A stretch of 64,000 nucleotides of DNA. Origin: Octopus bimaculoides. Taxonomy: Eukaryota. The stretch is taken from NCBI RefSeq assembly GCF_001194135.2, contig NC_068988.1, forward strand, positions 54,260,799-54,324,798. The letters run 5' to 3'. The position numbers were made by a program, and so were the translations under genes. The notes under the pieces are model-generated. The model was not told where the DNA came from and made no database searches. It was given only the letters and a program-made list of their open reading frames with translations. Shown here one piece after another: positions 50,450-63,990 of this stretch; position 1 is the first letter of the stretch; each line of letters opens with the position of its first letter.

Positions 50450-50482
<33 letters not shown>

Positions 50483-52194
50483 CATCATCATCATCATCAT
50501 CATCATCATCTTCGTCATTTTATACCACCCACTTTTCCATGTTTGAATGAGTCAGAATCCCTTCAGATTTTCTCTGACTGGATGCCCTTCTTGTTACCAA
50601 ACCTCTCCTATGTCCAAGTAATGTGATTTTTTCCAAGAGGAAATATCACCTTACTTGGAAAACTAGAAATGTATGAAACTGCAAGTCAAGATCTTAAGAT
50701 GAGGAGGCATGCAGACACAAACACAAACGTGCACACATGACAGGATTCTTTCAGTTTCCATCTATCAAGTGCCTTCAGAAGGCTTTTGATCACCAGCTTT
50801 TAATTATTCTTTATACTAAAGTGTTAATGACAGATTCCTGTGGTGTAAACAATCTGTCATGTTAATCTGTCACTATGTGGGAAGGGGAAAGTAAAAGTAT
50901 GTGTGCAATAGAGAGAGATCCAAATGAATGTTACAGGTACATATATTCACTAACACATCTCTCTAACTATTTTTTGTCTTCTATTATATTAATGTGTTAA
51001 GAGCATGATAAAAGTATGTCTTCAATAGAGAGGAAAAGAGAGAGAGAGATTCAAATGAATGCTACTGGCACATACACACACACACACATACACACATGAA
51101 TACTATTGGTGCACACACATAAGCTCACAACAATTAGCTGTGCATGTGTTTGTGTGAATTGTGTGAACTGTGCATGTATTTATGTGGTGTGAATTGTGTG
51201 TGTATATATGCAAACACCATGTGTTTGTGTGTGTGTCCATGCGCCAGTAGCATTAGCTGGACTCTCTTTCTTTTTTTCTCTCTCTGTATATGTCTGTCTG
51301 TCTCTCTCTCTCTCTCCACCCTGCTCTCTCTCTCTGTCTACCTAATAATTTAACACATAGATCTTGAGGCAAGTCATTGTCATGAAAATTGAACAAAGGT
51401 ATTATTTTCATAATTTTCAACTCTCAAAAAGTGGATAACATTTCCATTATTTATAAAACAAACTTTAACAAAGCTTTTTTTTTTAAAAAAAAATTAATTG
51501 CACATTGTTCCATCATTGTGCATTTTTCCATCAAACATTGGAAACCTAAAAAGTCGACATTTGATTTTGATATTGTGAGCTGTAATCGGAAACTATGGTA
51601 TAAAATTCTAATTAAACTGCAGAATATCTACAGGGTCAACTAGTCTAAGTTAATAATATAAATGTGAGTATCAGTGTAATAGGTACATAAATGTTTCAGT
51701 GTGGCTGTATGAGTGTAATTGAGGTGTGTCAGTGTTATAGTATGGTTGTGTGAATGTTGTGATGTAGACATGAGAATGCTTTTGTAAGGCTCTGTGACTT
51801 TTGTAGCTAGTACTTTGAATGGATATAACCTAGGTCTGGGACATGGTTTTAATTCCTTGTTCATGCCATTTCAATCTATTCATACAGTTAAGACTATATG
51901 ACCATCATTTGCAGAAGATTTGGCTGTTACTTCTTATTTTACCTTTCATTGGTTGAGTGACCACATAGAGGCTCTCTTGTGATGCACTCAATTTATAATA
52001 AAAGAAGGGGACAGCAAAATCAATGCTCTGACTAAGTCCATTTTGCTTCCCTCTTCACTGTGGAAACTAACAGAATCTATGGGTTTACAAAAACTGACTG
52101 GGCAGTGAAAAAGAAAAAGTGAACAACAACATACTTGATCTGTGATGTAGTGCCCTCCTCTCAATGCTCTTCACTACACATTAGAGTACACAAT

Positions 52195-52605
52195 ATGGTC
52201 CTCTGTAGATTCACCAGTGGATCACAACTGTAGAAGAGCCTGTGGAAGAAGTAGACCCAGGAAGACATTGTACAAGGTGGTGAAGCATGATCTTTGAATG
52301 TTGGGCCTTACAGAGGTGATGACAAATAATTGAGACTTTTGGCTATATGCTGTGCTTGAGAAGACTCATCAAGGCAAGTAAAATCGTAGTCATGGTTGTT
52401 GCTGGTGTCATGTAATTGGCACCCACGCTGGTGGCATGTAAAAAACACCCATTACACTCTTGGGGTGGCTGGTGTTAGCAAGAGCATCCAGTCATAGGAA
52501 CCATGCCAGATCAGACTGGAACCTGGTGCAGCTCTCTAGCTTACCAGTTCCAGTCAAACTGTTTAACCCATGCTAGTATGGAAAGCAGACACTAGAGGAT
52601 GGTAA
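52195..52605 (+). mobile_element. RTE ORF end plus 3' UTR
   Basis: CGRSRPRKTLYKVVKHDL...AVLEKT (RGRPRKTW-type), then the tail. Confidence 0.8.
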
Positions 52606-54657
52606 ATGCATCAGCTTGCTCATCTGACTATGACCCAATAAGGAAGCCATGAACCAATAATATTTTACATTATTTTGCTTCTTTCCTTTTTGACCCACCA
52701 TCTGCAAAATTAAATTTCATGGTTATTCCAGTAATGATTTTAGATATTTACCAAAAAATAGAATTAGTATTTTCTGCAAGTCATGTTGCCTCAGTAAACT
52801 TGACATATCTCAACAAAACATACTTTCAAACATGACATTCCTCAGCAGAAGATAGGTTGGTATGTAAAACTACCTTCTGCTGTCAAGGGTAATGAAATTT
52901 TGAGTAAATATATCTGATTTCCACAGTAAAATGGTTAAAACGGTAGGGTGTTATAGAGTGGAATCTGGTTGCTAGTGCTAACATGCTAAAAGCTCTGTTG
53001 TTGACTTGAATTGAAAATGTGTCTCCTAGGTGGGTGTAGTCAATATATCTTGGTGCAGTTGAAACTGTCCAGGTTTTCATGTCCACATTGGAAGATAATT
53101 ATTCACTGGAGTGGGATGGAAGGAAATGAATGAAGTGTCTTGGTGAAATGTGGATAATTCCTATGTGGGATGGGGATAACATTATGGAGATAGAAATATG
53201 TGTACGAGTAAAAGTGATTGTAAAATGGTCATGAATATACAGAAGTATATAACTAAACCCTGACTTGAAGCCTGTAAATTTGACCATAGCTAGCAGCTTA
53301 AAACACTTAAATGATATTTCTGCAATTTCATGAAGTGTAGGCATTTAATGAAATGTAGAATTCATAGCAAAGATTCATTTTACAATAAAATATGTATTTC
53401 CAGAGAAGAAATATGCAAGGAAGTGTTTAGTATGGGAGGGAGTGTTGTAAAATAAATAAACTGTGGGTGTAAGAAATAAAAATATTTCTTGGAACCAAAA
53501 AAATAAAAGATACATAAATATCTACATATATANNNNNNNNNNNNNNNNNNNNNNNNNNNNNNNNNNNNNNNNNNNNNNNNNNNNNNNNNNNNNNNNNNNN
53601 NNNNNNNNNNNNNNNNNNNNNNNNNNNNNNNNNNNNNNNNNNAAGAGAGATGAAGAGAATATGATATTAAATAGATAGAAGTATTATATTTCTTTCATCC
53701 TTGTTAGAATCTTTATTTACCCAACATTACTTTTACTTCTTTTTTTTTCTTTTCCGAAAGTGACTGCTTCTTTTATTCTGTAACACCAATATACTGCAGA
53801 TGTGTACCATAAACCTACTACTTCAGATACCAGATGCTTTCAAATAGTCTTTTAAAAAAATAGCTAGGGGAATCCATCTAAAACTAGGGAATTAAATAAA
53901 GGTCTCGTCTATGTATATCACAATATGATAACTGGAGAAAGCTGTCTCCTGTTTACATTTAATACTCAGTATTATGATGATAGCACAGCCCTTCAATTGT
54001 AATGCTCCTCAATTTAACATAAATTCATATATAACACTGACTCATTGGATTTATTTTATTTCTTTATTTATTTTTCTCTAAATAGATTTTCTTGAACCTT
54101 ATTTCACACACCTCTTTTTTTTTTCACTATGACATTTATGGACCCCCAACAATCACATATGTAATAGAGGTACACTGTATAGATTAATGTATGTTATATT
54201 TGTTTTGCTGGTGTTTAGAATTTATTTAGCATTACTAAATATAGTAAACAAATTTGTCATGGGAATAAGAATATTAATAATTTGGTAAAACGTGCCAGCA
54301 GAATTACAAGCATGTTAGAAAAAAATGCTTAGAGGTGGGTTCAAATCCTGCCAAGGTCTCTTTTGCTTTTCATCCTTTTGTGATTGCTAAAATAAAGTAT
54401 CAGCTAGGTATCGGTGTCGATGTAATGCTTAGTAGCATTTCTTGAACTCAAATCCCACTGAGGACAACTTTGCTCACTGCCCTTCGAATGAAAAACAAAA
54501 CTGACCTCAGCAGGAATTAAGTTCAAAAACTAAAGTGATAAAACATATGCTGCAAAACATTTTTCCAATACTTTCCTCCAATAGTAGGAGCAATGGTAAT
54601 AATTAAGCGAATGGCCCTAGGTTTAATCCCTGACATCTCCACAGAAGAATTTTTTAT

Positions 54658-54830
54658 AGGTGTAGGTACATGGCTATGTGGTAAGCAACTTGCTTCCCAA
54701 TCATATAGCTCTGGGTTCAGTCCCATAGTTCAGTGTGTGGCACCTTGATCAAGTGTTTTCTACTACAGCCTTGAGCTGATCAAAGCCCTGTAAGTGGAGT
54801 TAGCAGATGGAAATTGAAAGAAGCATGTTG
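54658..54830 (+). mobile_element. SINE-A 5' half
   Basis: tggctatgtggtaag...gggttcagtccc...gaaattgaaagaagc. Confidence 0.75.
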
Positions 54831-55589
54831 CATTATAATAATAATAATAATATTAATGATTTCTTTTATATTTTTATTTATTTATCTATTTTTATAATAA
54901 CGATAATGACAGTGATTTTTAATTAACCACAAAGGGTTGAAAAATGATTGAGCATGTTACAGCACAATACAGTGAGGTATTATATCAAATAAAAAAAGTT
55001 GCAAACTGGCTCTAGCCTCTTGTCCTTAGACATAATGACACCACTCTATTCCTTTCTTTTCTGCCAACAGTCTCTGATGACACTTCTAATTCTTTTACCC
55101 TTCAACATGGTTGAACAACCAATCCCAACCAGTTGAAATTCACAGTACAGGTTGTACTATTCATCCTTTTGATTGCTGAATACAAAAAGTGGCTTGCAAG
55201 TCCTCCGTTTAGGTGATTTTCCTGAGTCACCTTCTCACCCTTGTATGCCAGTCAGTGGTGTAAGGTTGTTGTTGTCCTGAGTATGCTGCCACACCTAATG
55301 CCACAGAATTTTAAACAGGGGTATAACAAAGGTTTTCCATTAAGATTTGTGATTAAATTAATCAGTAAGGTAAATATTTATAAAGAATTTACCATTTTCG
55401 ATGGATGTGCAGTGCACACCTAGCACACCCAGAATACATGCCCCTGATGCCAGTCCATCACAAAGTTATCCGTTTACAGCTGGGTGAACTGGAGCAATGT
55501 GAAATAAAGTGTTTTGCTCAAGAACACAACAAACAACTAGTCTAGGAATAGAAACCATGATCCATGATTATGAGAGCAACACCCAAACC

Positions 55590-55918
55590 CAGTGGTTCTC
55601 AGCCAGGGTCTATATGGCTTCTGAGAGCTTATATAAGATTCTCAGGGGTCCACACAACAAAATAGTTTAAGGGCCCCAGCAAAAATTTTGCTTTAGATGT
55701 ATGTTTTGGTATTTATTGCAAGAAATAGTAAGGTTTCTTTCTTTAACATTTTACATAGTTCAACCTTCACAAGTTAACGTGTGTGAAACTAAATAAGAAT
55801 TTTGAAAGGGATTTCTATAAAACTAGTTTTTAAACATCAAATGGCTATGGGGGTCCACCAGAATAAAATAGTAATCAAAGGGGTTCATAGATAAAAAGAA
55901 AATGGTTAAGAACCCCTG
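55590..55918 (+). mobile_element. hAT-type MITE family 2, inserted in the head of SINE-V (55440-55935)
   Basis: TIRs cagtggttctcagcc / ggttaagaacccctg; degenerate 8-bp TSD cccaaacc/cactaaca. Confidence 0.75.
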
Positions 55919-56459
55919 CACTAACAACTAGGTGATGCAGTTTCTTGGTTGCACTTGCTTCTCTTTTATTTATTCTCTTCCTCTCATCACCAGTGTTGTG
56001 TCCAACAGCCATGACTTAACCTCACACGAACCACTAAACCTTATTTTCTCCCCCAAAATGACATCCTCCCAGAATTCATGTCTTCCCTGTTGGTGTCAAC
56101 TTACAACATTTAAGTTGAACATTAACAGCATCAATCTTGTTGGTCTTGGATGGCCTGCATAAGCCATGGTCACTACTTCTTTCTCTTGTGAGTAAAAGGC
56201 TAACTAAAAGATAAATAAAGAATCTTACTGCTGTAATTATTTATCTCCACGTTTCCAAGAGATAAATAAATATTGATGGATTGCCAGAAATTAACCATGT
56301 GAGTTGGTGAAATGCCATCATTGTAAAAAAAAAAAAAGAAAAAAAAACATTTACTGACATATGAATATGAATGTATTTGAGTACATATGCAGACACAAAT
56401 ACCTACACACACACACATGCATAAATATTTGTATGTGTGTGTGTATGTGTGCATGTATA

Positions 56460-56500
<41 letters not shown>

Positions 56501-56962
56501 TATATGTATATGCATATATGTATATGCATATATGTATATGCATATGTTTATGAATATATATATATATATATATAAACAAATACATGTATATATATAAATA
56601 TATACATACATACACATATGTATAATATACATACATATANNNNNNNNNNNNNNNNNNNNNNNNNNNNNNNNNNNNNNNNNNNNNNNNNNNNNNNNNNNNN
56701 NNNNNNNNNNNNNNNNNNNNNNNNNNNNNNNNNNNNNNNNNNNNNNNNNNNNNNNNNNNNNNNNNNNNNNNNNNNNNNNNNNNNNNNNNNNNNNNNNNNN
56801 NNNNNNNNNNNNNNNNNNNNNNNNNNNNNNNNNNNNNNNNNNNNNNNNNTATATATATATATATACATATATACATACATTTATATATATATGTGTGTGT
56901 ATCATCAACATGTGCATATGTATATATATATGTGTGTGCATATATGTATTTGCAAGTGTGTT

Positions 56963-57009
<47 letters not shown>

Positions 57010-58182
57010 AAATAAACATTCACATACATAACCACAATATAAATTCCAAAACAAAGAAATCTGAAAATAATCAAAATATTTCTAACAATCATATCCCACC
57101 TCATTTCTTGCTGACCGAGAAAAATTTGTTCAAGTCATTAAATCCAAAATATATTATTTTCCTTTTTTAACCTTCTTGTTTTTGTGTTTTGTTATTAACT
57201 CATTAAAGAAGAAGATTAAAAATGTACAGCACCACCAAAAATCTGTTGATGTTTCCAAAGAATCGCTTCTTCTACAAAAGCTTCTTTTCCCCTCTCTACA
57301 GCTAGAAAACCCTAATTACTTCCAAAGACCAAAGAATTTCTTCTGCCACATTTGGTGTTAAAAAGATCATGATAAGGAAAGTTTTGATTCAAGTAAACCT
57401 CCTACATACCTAAGAGTTAATAGTTTGGTACTCAAAGAATGCAGGGGCGTTGTTCAGATAGACAGTTAATTTTATGATTTATAATTACTTCATCTTATTT
57501 ATTAAAACTCTTGAATCATCATTTTTAACTAGTTTTACATCATGATCATTTATATTTTTTTTATATCTGGATAATTTTCTTTTTTTTTTTTTGGCAAATT
57601 AAGGTGAATGTTTTAAAACAATTTTCATTGAGCTAACTTGATTTCTTCAAGCTAAGGGAGCACTATGTATTTGGATTTAATTAATATTTGAATGAATAAA
57701 TAAGGCGTACAGAAATCAAAGTAAACAAATAAATATGCTTCACTGGAAGCATTTAAGATATTTACCCTTAATTTCATGTTTGGCACTTTGCACACAGCAC
57801 TCTGTAGTATTATGTAATTCTTAATTCATTTGTGTTTTATTTAGAATTTTTCTCTTTGCATTTCATGAGTGTATAAGTGTGTATGCAATTATGTGTGTAT
57901 GTGCATGAGTGAATTATTATACAAATGTGTGTATATGTTTATATACTTACATTCAGACATATATGTTTATGCATTTGTATGTGTTTATGTTTAGAGACAG
58001 ACAAAGGTTAGGTGAATAAGGTATTGGGCTACCTGCTCATGAATCAGGAGTTCAATTCCACAACAAGTATTTCTTTTGTATCTCTGGTAGAAACACTTTG
58101 TTCTACCTTCCCTCAAGTCCTGAAAGTTCAGTCTCAAACTTTTCCAAGATACAATTTGTGTATGTGTGTGTGTATGTAGGTA

Positions 58183-58587
58183 CCAGGCATGTGCCATCAC
58201 TAGTTACTCAGGGTAGGCAGTTCGTGATGTTTATGTAGTAAAACACACAAAAAAATAAGCGAAATACAGGCGTGCAACTGAGTTGGAGGCAGATTTACTT
58301 CTGCTTTTATAGCGCGTAAAGAAAATGTAAGAATGTATGCAGCACGTGTACTACAGCAGTTCTATGTGTAGCTCCAATACTGAGATTGAAAAGCAGGAGT
58401 AAATTATGCCTACCTAATCTACAAACAAAATAAAATATTTTGTATTTTATGCCAAGTAATCAGAGTAACCTTCATAATTTTATTGAATTAGGTGCATATT
58501 TTGCCATAAAAGGAAAATACTACTATCAATCTATTTAATTCAGGGTAGGCACTGCCTACCTTGCCTACCCAGGCAGCACATCCTTGG
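58183..58587. mobile_element. Putative MITE with subterminal GGGTAGGCA repeats
   Basis: Imperfect TIR ccaggcatgtgcc / gcacatccttgg, flanked by TA. gggtaggca occurs forward at both ends and inverted (tgcctacc x2) at the right end. Confidence 0.5.
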
Positions 58588-58600
58588 TATGTATGTATGT

Positions 58601-58912
58601 GTGAAGGAGTGTGGCTTAGTGGTTAGGGCATTCGACTTGTGATCATAGGGTCACAAGTTCGATTTCTGGCGACGTGTTGTGTCCTTGACCAAGACACTTT
58701 ATTTCACGTTGTCCCAGTCCACTCAGCTAGCAAAAACGAGTGGTACCTGTATTTCAAGGGGCTAGCCTTCTCACATTCTGTGTCATGCTGAATCTTCCTG
58801 AGAAGTATGTGAAGGGGCATGTGTCTATGGAGTGCTCAGCCACTTGCACATTAATCTCATAAGCAAGCTGTTCCATTGATCAGATGAACTGGAACCCTCG
58901 TCGTCATAAGCA
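58601..58912 (+). mobile_element. SINE-C with H2 head
   Basis: tggcttagtggttaggg, gttcgatttc, gtgtccttgaccaagacac, C tail. Confidence 0.85.
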
Positions 58913-59190
58913 ACTCCATCAACTGCCCAGGTTCTTTACTAGACATAATTAGTAAGGTGTTTTATGTTTCCTAAGTGATTTAATTAATGCCAGTGGTGGA
59001 TGGTGTATCAAAGTTTTTATTTACCAGTGCAATAAAGGGGCAGCATGTTTATGAAGATCTTGCCTCTGATGCCCTGTTTTGTGCATGCATGAAAAGTGTG
59101 AGACTTCGTGGTCACAAAACATAGGCATTGACTGTGTGTAGCTTGGTGAGAAATGCAATGATCATGATTTATTAGATGTCTAGTGTTTAC

Positions 59191-59299
59191 TTGCATGAAA
59201 AGATGATAAAATGTGGACACAGAGAGCAGCTGTATGTTAATCCTTTTGATATGAACCCGCCTGAGAACGCCCCTTGCAGTACAACAGAAAAACTGTCTA
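59191..59299 (-). CDS. Weak candidate exon
   Basis: Pyrimidine tract then acattttaaag|, donor GCAA|gtaaac. 109 nt, two frames open, CpGs retained. Confidence 0.22.
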
Positions 59300-59469
59300 C
59301 TTTAAAATGTTCAGATTTAAATTACAAAAAAAGAAGAAAAAAAACAGTTCCCTTGTAACTTTTTGTAAGAAAATGTTATTATATTCCAAACATCAGATGA
59401 ATTATGATGCAGAAAATCATTTTACTAAATAGTAAATCCCTCCATTTTTAAAAATTCTATTTAGTTTAT

Positions 59470-59835
59470 TTTTGTCTTTTACTTGTTTTATTCATTGGGC
59501 TTTTGTCATTCTGGAGCATGCCTTGAAGGTTTTTAGTCAATGAAATCACCCCTGTTCTGACAAATTTTCTTAAGTCTGGAACTTCTTTTATTGGTCTTTT
59601 ATGCTGAAACACTTAGACATGGAGGATATAAACAAACCAACACTGTTCATCAAGTGATGGTGGTGGATAAACACAAAAACAGACACATGCATTCATATGC
59701 GTACAAGTGGCTCCTGCACAGTTTCTACCTATAAGGTATTAATTGGTCTAGGGTTTCATTAGAAGTCACTTGCCCAAAGTATCACAAAGGCCACACAGTT
59801 GCAAAGCAAGCTTCTTAATCACATGGTCGTGCCAT
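59470..59835 (-). mobile_element. SINE-A, diverged
   Basis: Family motifs. Confidence 0.7.
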
Positions 59836-60168
59836 TCCTTATATTTATACATTTATTTATTTTCTGAAACTTTTGGTGTTAGATTTGGCTTGTCACCCAC
59901 TTTTAGACTAGAACTCGGCCCTTAAGTGGGTATATATATATTCCTTTTTTTACAGATATATTTATATATACATACATATATATNNNNNNNNNNNNNNNNN
60001 NNNNNNNNNNNNNNNNNNNNNNNNNNNNNNNNNNNNNNNNNNNNNNNNNNNNNNNNNNNNNNNNNNNNNNNNNNNNNNNNNNNNNNNNNNNNNNNNNNNN
60101 NNNNNNNNNNNNNNNNNNNNNNNNNNNNNNNNNNNNNNNNNNNNNNNNNNNNNNNNNNATATATATAA

Positions 60169-60503
60169 GATCACGGTTTCGATTCCCAGACCAGGTGTTG
60201 TTAGTGTTTATCGAGCGAAAAACACCTAAAGCTCCACGAGGCTCCAGCAGGGGATGGTGGCAAACCCTAATGTACTCTTTCACCACAACTTACTCTCACT
60301 CTTACTTCCTGTTTCTGTTGTGCCTGTAATTCAAATGGTCAGCCTTGTCACACTGTGTCACGCTGAATATCCCCAAGAACTACGTTAAGGGTACACGTGT
60401 CTGTGGAGTGCTCAGCCACTCGCACGTTAATTTCACGAGCAGACTGTTCCGTTGATCGGATCAACTGGGACCCTCGATGTCGTAAGCGACGGAGTGCCAA
60501 CAA
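60169..60503 (+). mobile_element. SINE-C with H1 head (5' end in gap)
   Basis: Near-consensus and CpG-rich; ends gcgacggagtgccaac. Confidence 0.9.
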
Positions 60504-61536
60504 TATACATAAACACTTACAAATATATATTCATTACATATGCACACGTGTGTGTGAGTGTGTGTCTGTGTGTGTGTGTGTGCATAGATTGCTAAGCAAA
60601 CATTTAGTGAAATGCATAGGCTGCAATCTTTTATTAGATATTTGGTAATGGATGGGTTAAAGAGAGCACCTAAAACAGATTAACTGACTGTGATGGGTTA
60701 GTCATGTGATGTGAAATGATAAGGAATATGGGATGAAAAAGTAATGGGGTGGGTGCTGTCAGGGATTGGTGTCTATGAAGAGAATAAATAAAGAACATGT
60801 AGGAAGATTTAGTGAAGTCACATCTCAGGATGTTAGGTCTTAAGAGAAGAACTGATGACATATATAAATACACATACACATACATGTACACATGTATGAG
60901 TGTGTCATATACATATTGAGCCTTTAGTCACATTTCCATAACGAAATTTACACACACATAGACACTCACACACACATACACACAAATACTTGTATATACA
61001 TAAGTTCACTGCTCCTTCATTTCAACCAAATAATTGGTCTTAAGGTTGCACAATTCTTTATCACAATAGTTACAGATTCTTCCAGTCACAGACAGACGCA
61101 CCAAACTGTCATCAGTTCATCTAAACTTTTGCCCTGTTTGGAACATCTGTTAAGAATTAATAAGTTAATTTCTTGAAAAGGAAGTAGGAATAGCATTCTT
61201 GGATATAATTGTAATTAACGATGGAACATAATGAAATATAGCAGTAGGGGGTATGCGCCACTGGCAGTGTGTCTGTGAGTGAGAGCATGCACGATGTGTG
61301 TGACTGTGCATGTTAGGCTGAGAATGTGTGTGTGTATCTGTATGTATGTGTGTTGGAGTGTATGTATGTATACATGTATATGAATATGCCTATATATATA
61401 TATCTCTCTCTATATATATATATATACATATATGATGCATATGTGTATGTGTATATACACACATATATATGTAATATATATACATATACATATGCATACA
61501 TGCACACACACACACACACACAGGTGTGTATGTGTG

Positions 61537-61569
<33 letters not shown>

Positions 61570-61849
61570 NNNNNNNNNNNNNNNNNNNNNNNNNNNNNNN
61601 NNNNNNNNNNNNNNNNNNNNNNNNNNNNNNNNNNNNNNNNNNNNNNNNNNNNNNNNNNNNNNNNNNNNNNNNNNNNNNNNNNNNNNNNNNNNNNNNNNNN
61701 NNNNNNNNNNNNNNNNNNNNNNNNNNNNNNNNNNNNNNNNNNNNNNNNNNNNNNNNNNNNNNNNNNNNNNNNNNNNNNNNNNNNNNNNNNNNNNNNNNNN
61801 NNNNNNNNNNNNNNNNNNNNNNNNNNNNNNNNNNNNNNNNNNNNNNNNN

Positions 61850-62100
61850 ATTAAAACAATATCAACACTGGTTGTCAATAGGTGGTGCTGATGGAACAAA
61901 TATAAACACAGTGACACACACACACACACACACACACGTGATGGGCTTCCACATAGCTTCTGTCATGCAAATTCACTCACAAGGCATTGGTCAGCCCAGG
62001 ACTATAGTAGAGGAGACATGCCCAAGGAGCCATACAGTGGGACTAAACCTAAAAAAATGTAGTTGCATTCCAAGCTTCTTGACCACACAGCCATGCCTGT
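61850..62100 (-). mobile_element. SINE-A 5' half
   Basis: Family motifs. Confidence 0.7.
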
Positions 62101-62134
62101 GTCTGTTATTTTTCTTCAGTTATAATCATTTCTG

Positions 62135-62320
62135 TTGGACTAGAACAGCTGTGTAAAGAAGTGCCAATCTCTAACTGTGGAGGGAACCTGTGGTAGAAGA
62201 CCCAGAAAGACATGGGATGAGGTGGTGAAGCATGGGCCGATGTGCTGTGCTTGAGAGAACCTGTCAAGCCAAGTGCACCTGTGCTGGTGGCACAAAAAGA
62301 ACATCTTTTGAACGTATACA
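62135..62320 (+). mobile_element. RTE ORF end fragment
   Basis: SCVKKCQSLTVEGTCGR.PRKTWDEVVKH. Confidence 0.8.
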
Positions 62321-62524
62321 TGAATGTATGAGTGTATAATAAGGAATGAGGTAATGTGCAAGTGTATATGAGGTGTATAAGTGATGTTTAGTGAGATATA
62401 CATGTGTAGTAGTGAAAGTATAGTGTATATATTTATGTGATGGTTGTATGAAGTGCGTGTATACGTATTTGCTTATATGTATGAGTAAATGTATGCTTAT
62501 GTGTATGTATACATATGTGAGTGT

Positions 62525-62907
62525 GGAGGCGCAATGGCCCAGTTGTTAGGGCAGCGGGCTTGCGGTCATAGGATCGCGGTTTCAACTCTCATACCGGGCG
62601 TTGTGAGTGTTTATTGAGCGAAAACACCTAAAAGTTCCATGAGGCTCCGACAGGGGATGGTGGCGAACCCTGCTGTTCTCTTTCACCACAACTTTCTCCC
62701 ACACTTACTTCCTGTTTCTGTTGTGCCTGTAATTCAAAGGGTCAGCCTTGTCACACTGTGTCACGCTGAATTTCCCCGAGAACTACGTTAAGGGTACACG
62801 TGTCTGTGGAGTGCTCAGCCACTTGCACATTAATTTCACAAGCAGGCTGTTCTGTTGATTGGAGCAACTGGAACCCTCGACATCGTAAGCGACGGAGTGC
62901 CAACAAC
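62525..62907 (+). mobile_element. SINE-C with H1 head, full-length
   Basis: Matches 42357 and 60169. Confidence 0.92.
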
Positions 62908-63139
62908 AGCATATGTGAGTGTGTAGTGAGATTCTGATGAGCATGGGTACATGTGTGTTTACAGAGATGCAAGTCCATGCACGTGAAAGCAAACAGTATA
63001 GAGAATCCATACATGTGATGTTCTATTCAAATGTGCTTGTGTCCTTGTGTGTATGTGTAAGTAAACATTCATCTTTGTTTGTGTGCATGTCTGAGAGTGT
63101 GTGCGATGTGAGTGCATGTCTGTACATGCTTGCATTTTG

Positions 63140-63432
63140 CTGTGTATGAGAAGACATGTCAACCCAAGTGAAATCATAGTCATGGCCAGTACTGGTGACA
63201 CATAAAAGGCACTTGTGCCAGTGACACATAAAGGTACCCCTGCTGGTGCCATGTACATTGCACCCATGCTGGTGACACATAAAAAGGCACCCACTACACT
63301 CTTGGAGTGGTTGGCATTAAGAAGAGCATCCAACCATAGAAACCATACCAAATCAGACTGGAGCTTAGTATAACCATCTAACCCATGCTAGCATGAAAAA
63401 CAGACAGTAAATGATGATGACAATGATGATGA
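63140..63432 (+). mobile_element. RTE 3' UTR plus tail
   Basis: ccaagtgaaatc...aagagcatccaaccatagaaac...aaatgatgatg. Confidence 0.75.
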
Positions 63433-63911
63433 TGTGTACATATCCGTATCTACATGTATCTGTGCATTCTCCTTTCTATGTGTGCATGTACACATGTTGG
63501 TTTTTATGCATGTTTTCATGTTAGAGACGCTCAGGGTGGATGAAAGTAAATGTGTTAATGTGGAATGTGTGTGAATGTACGCATGTAAGAGTATGCATGT
63601 CTGTGTGAGTACATACATGTGTAACTGAGTGTTCTCAAATGGGTAGTTGTTGTGTATGTACACACACACATATATATATATATATATAATCGTTTATATA
63701 TGTACATATATGTGAAAGCATGTGCGTGCATGTTAACATTATCAGATCTATACTACTGCAGATATCAGTAATCATGTGAACATATGATTGGATAGATTCC
63801 ATAAGATAACGGTAGACTCTACAGGAGAATCAATAGACATCACCCACCCCCGCATCTCATCTCCTTCCTTTCTCTCATATCATACTCTTAAATAATACCT
63901 TCTGGATACCA

Positions 63912-63990
63912 CTTTCTTCTTCTTCTTCTTTTTCTTCTTCTTCTTCTTCTTCTTCTTCTTCTTCTTCTTCTTCTTCTTCCTTTTCTTCTT
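63912..63990. repeat. (TTC)n microsatellite
   Basis: Visible array. Confidence 0.95.

Noticed and set aside
25113-61849. N-gaps (16518, 25113, 30252, 38455, 42737, 48535, 50309, 53533, 56640, 59984, 61570)
   Set aside because: Assembly gaps, mostly next to (TA)n/(TG)n; not biology, but they could hide exons.
62525-62600. tRNA genes at SINE heads (also 18616, 42357, 58601)
   Set aside because: A/B boxes are present but run straight into SINE bodies, with no acceptor-stem closure.
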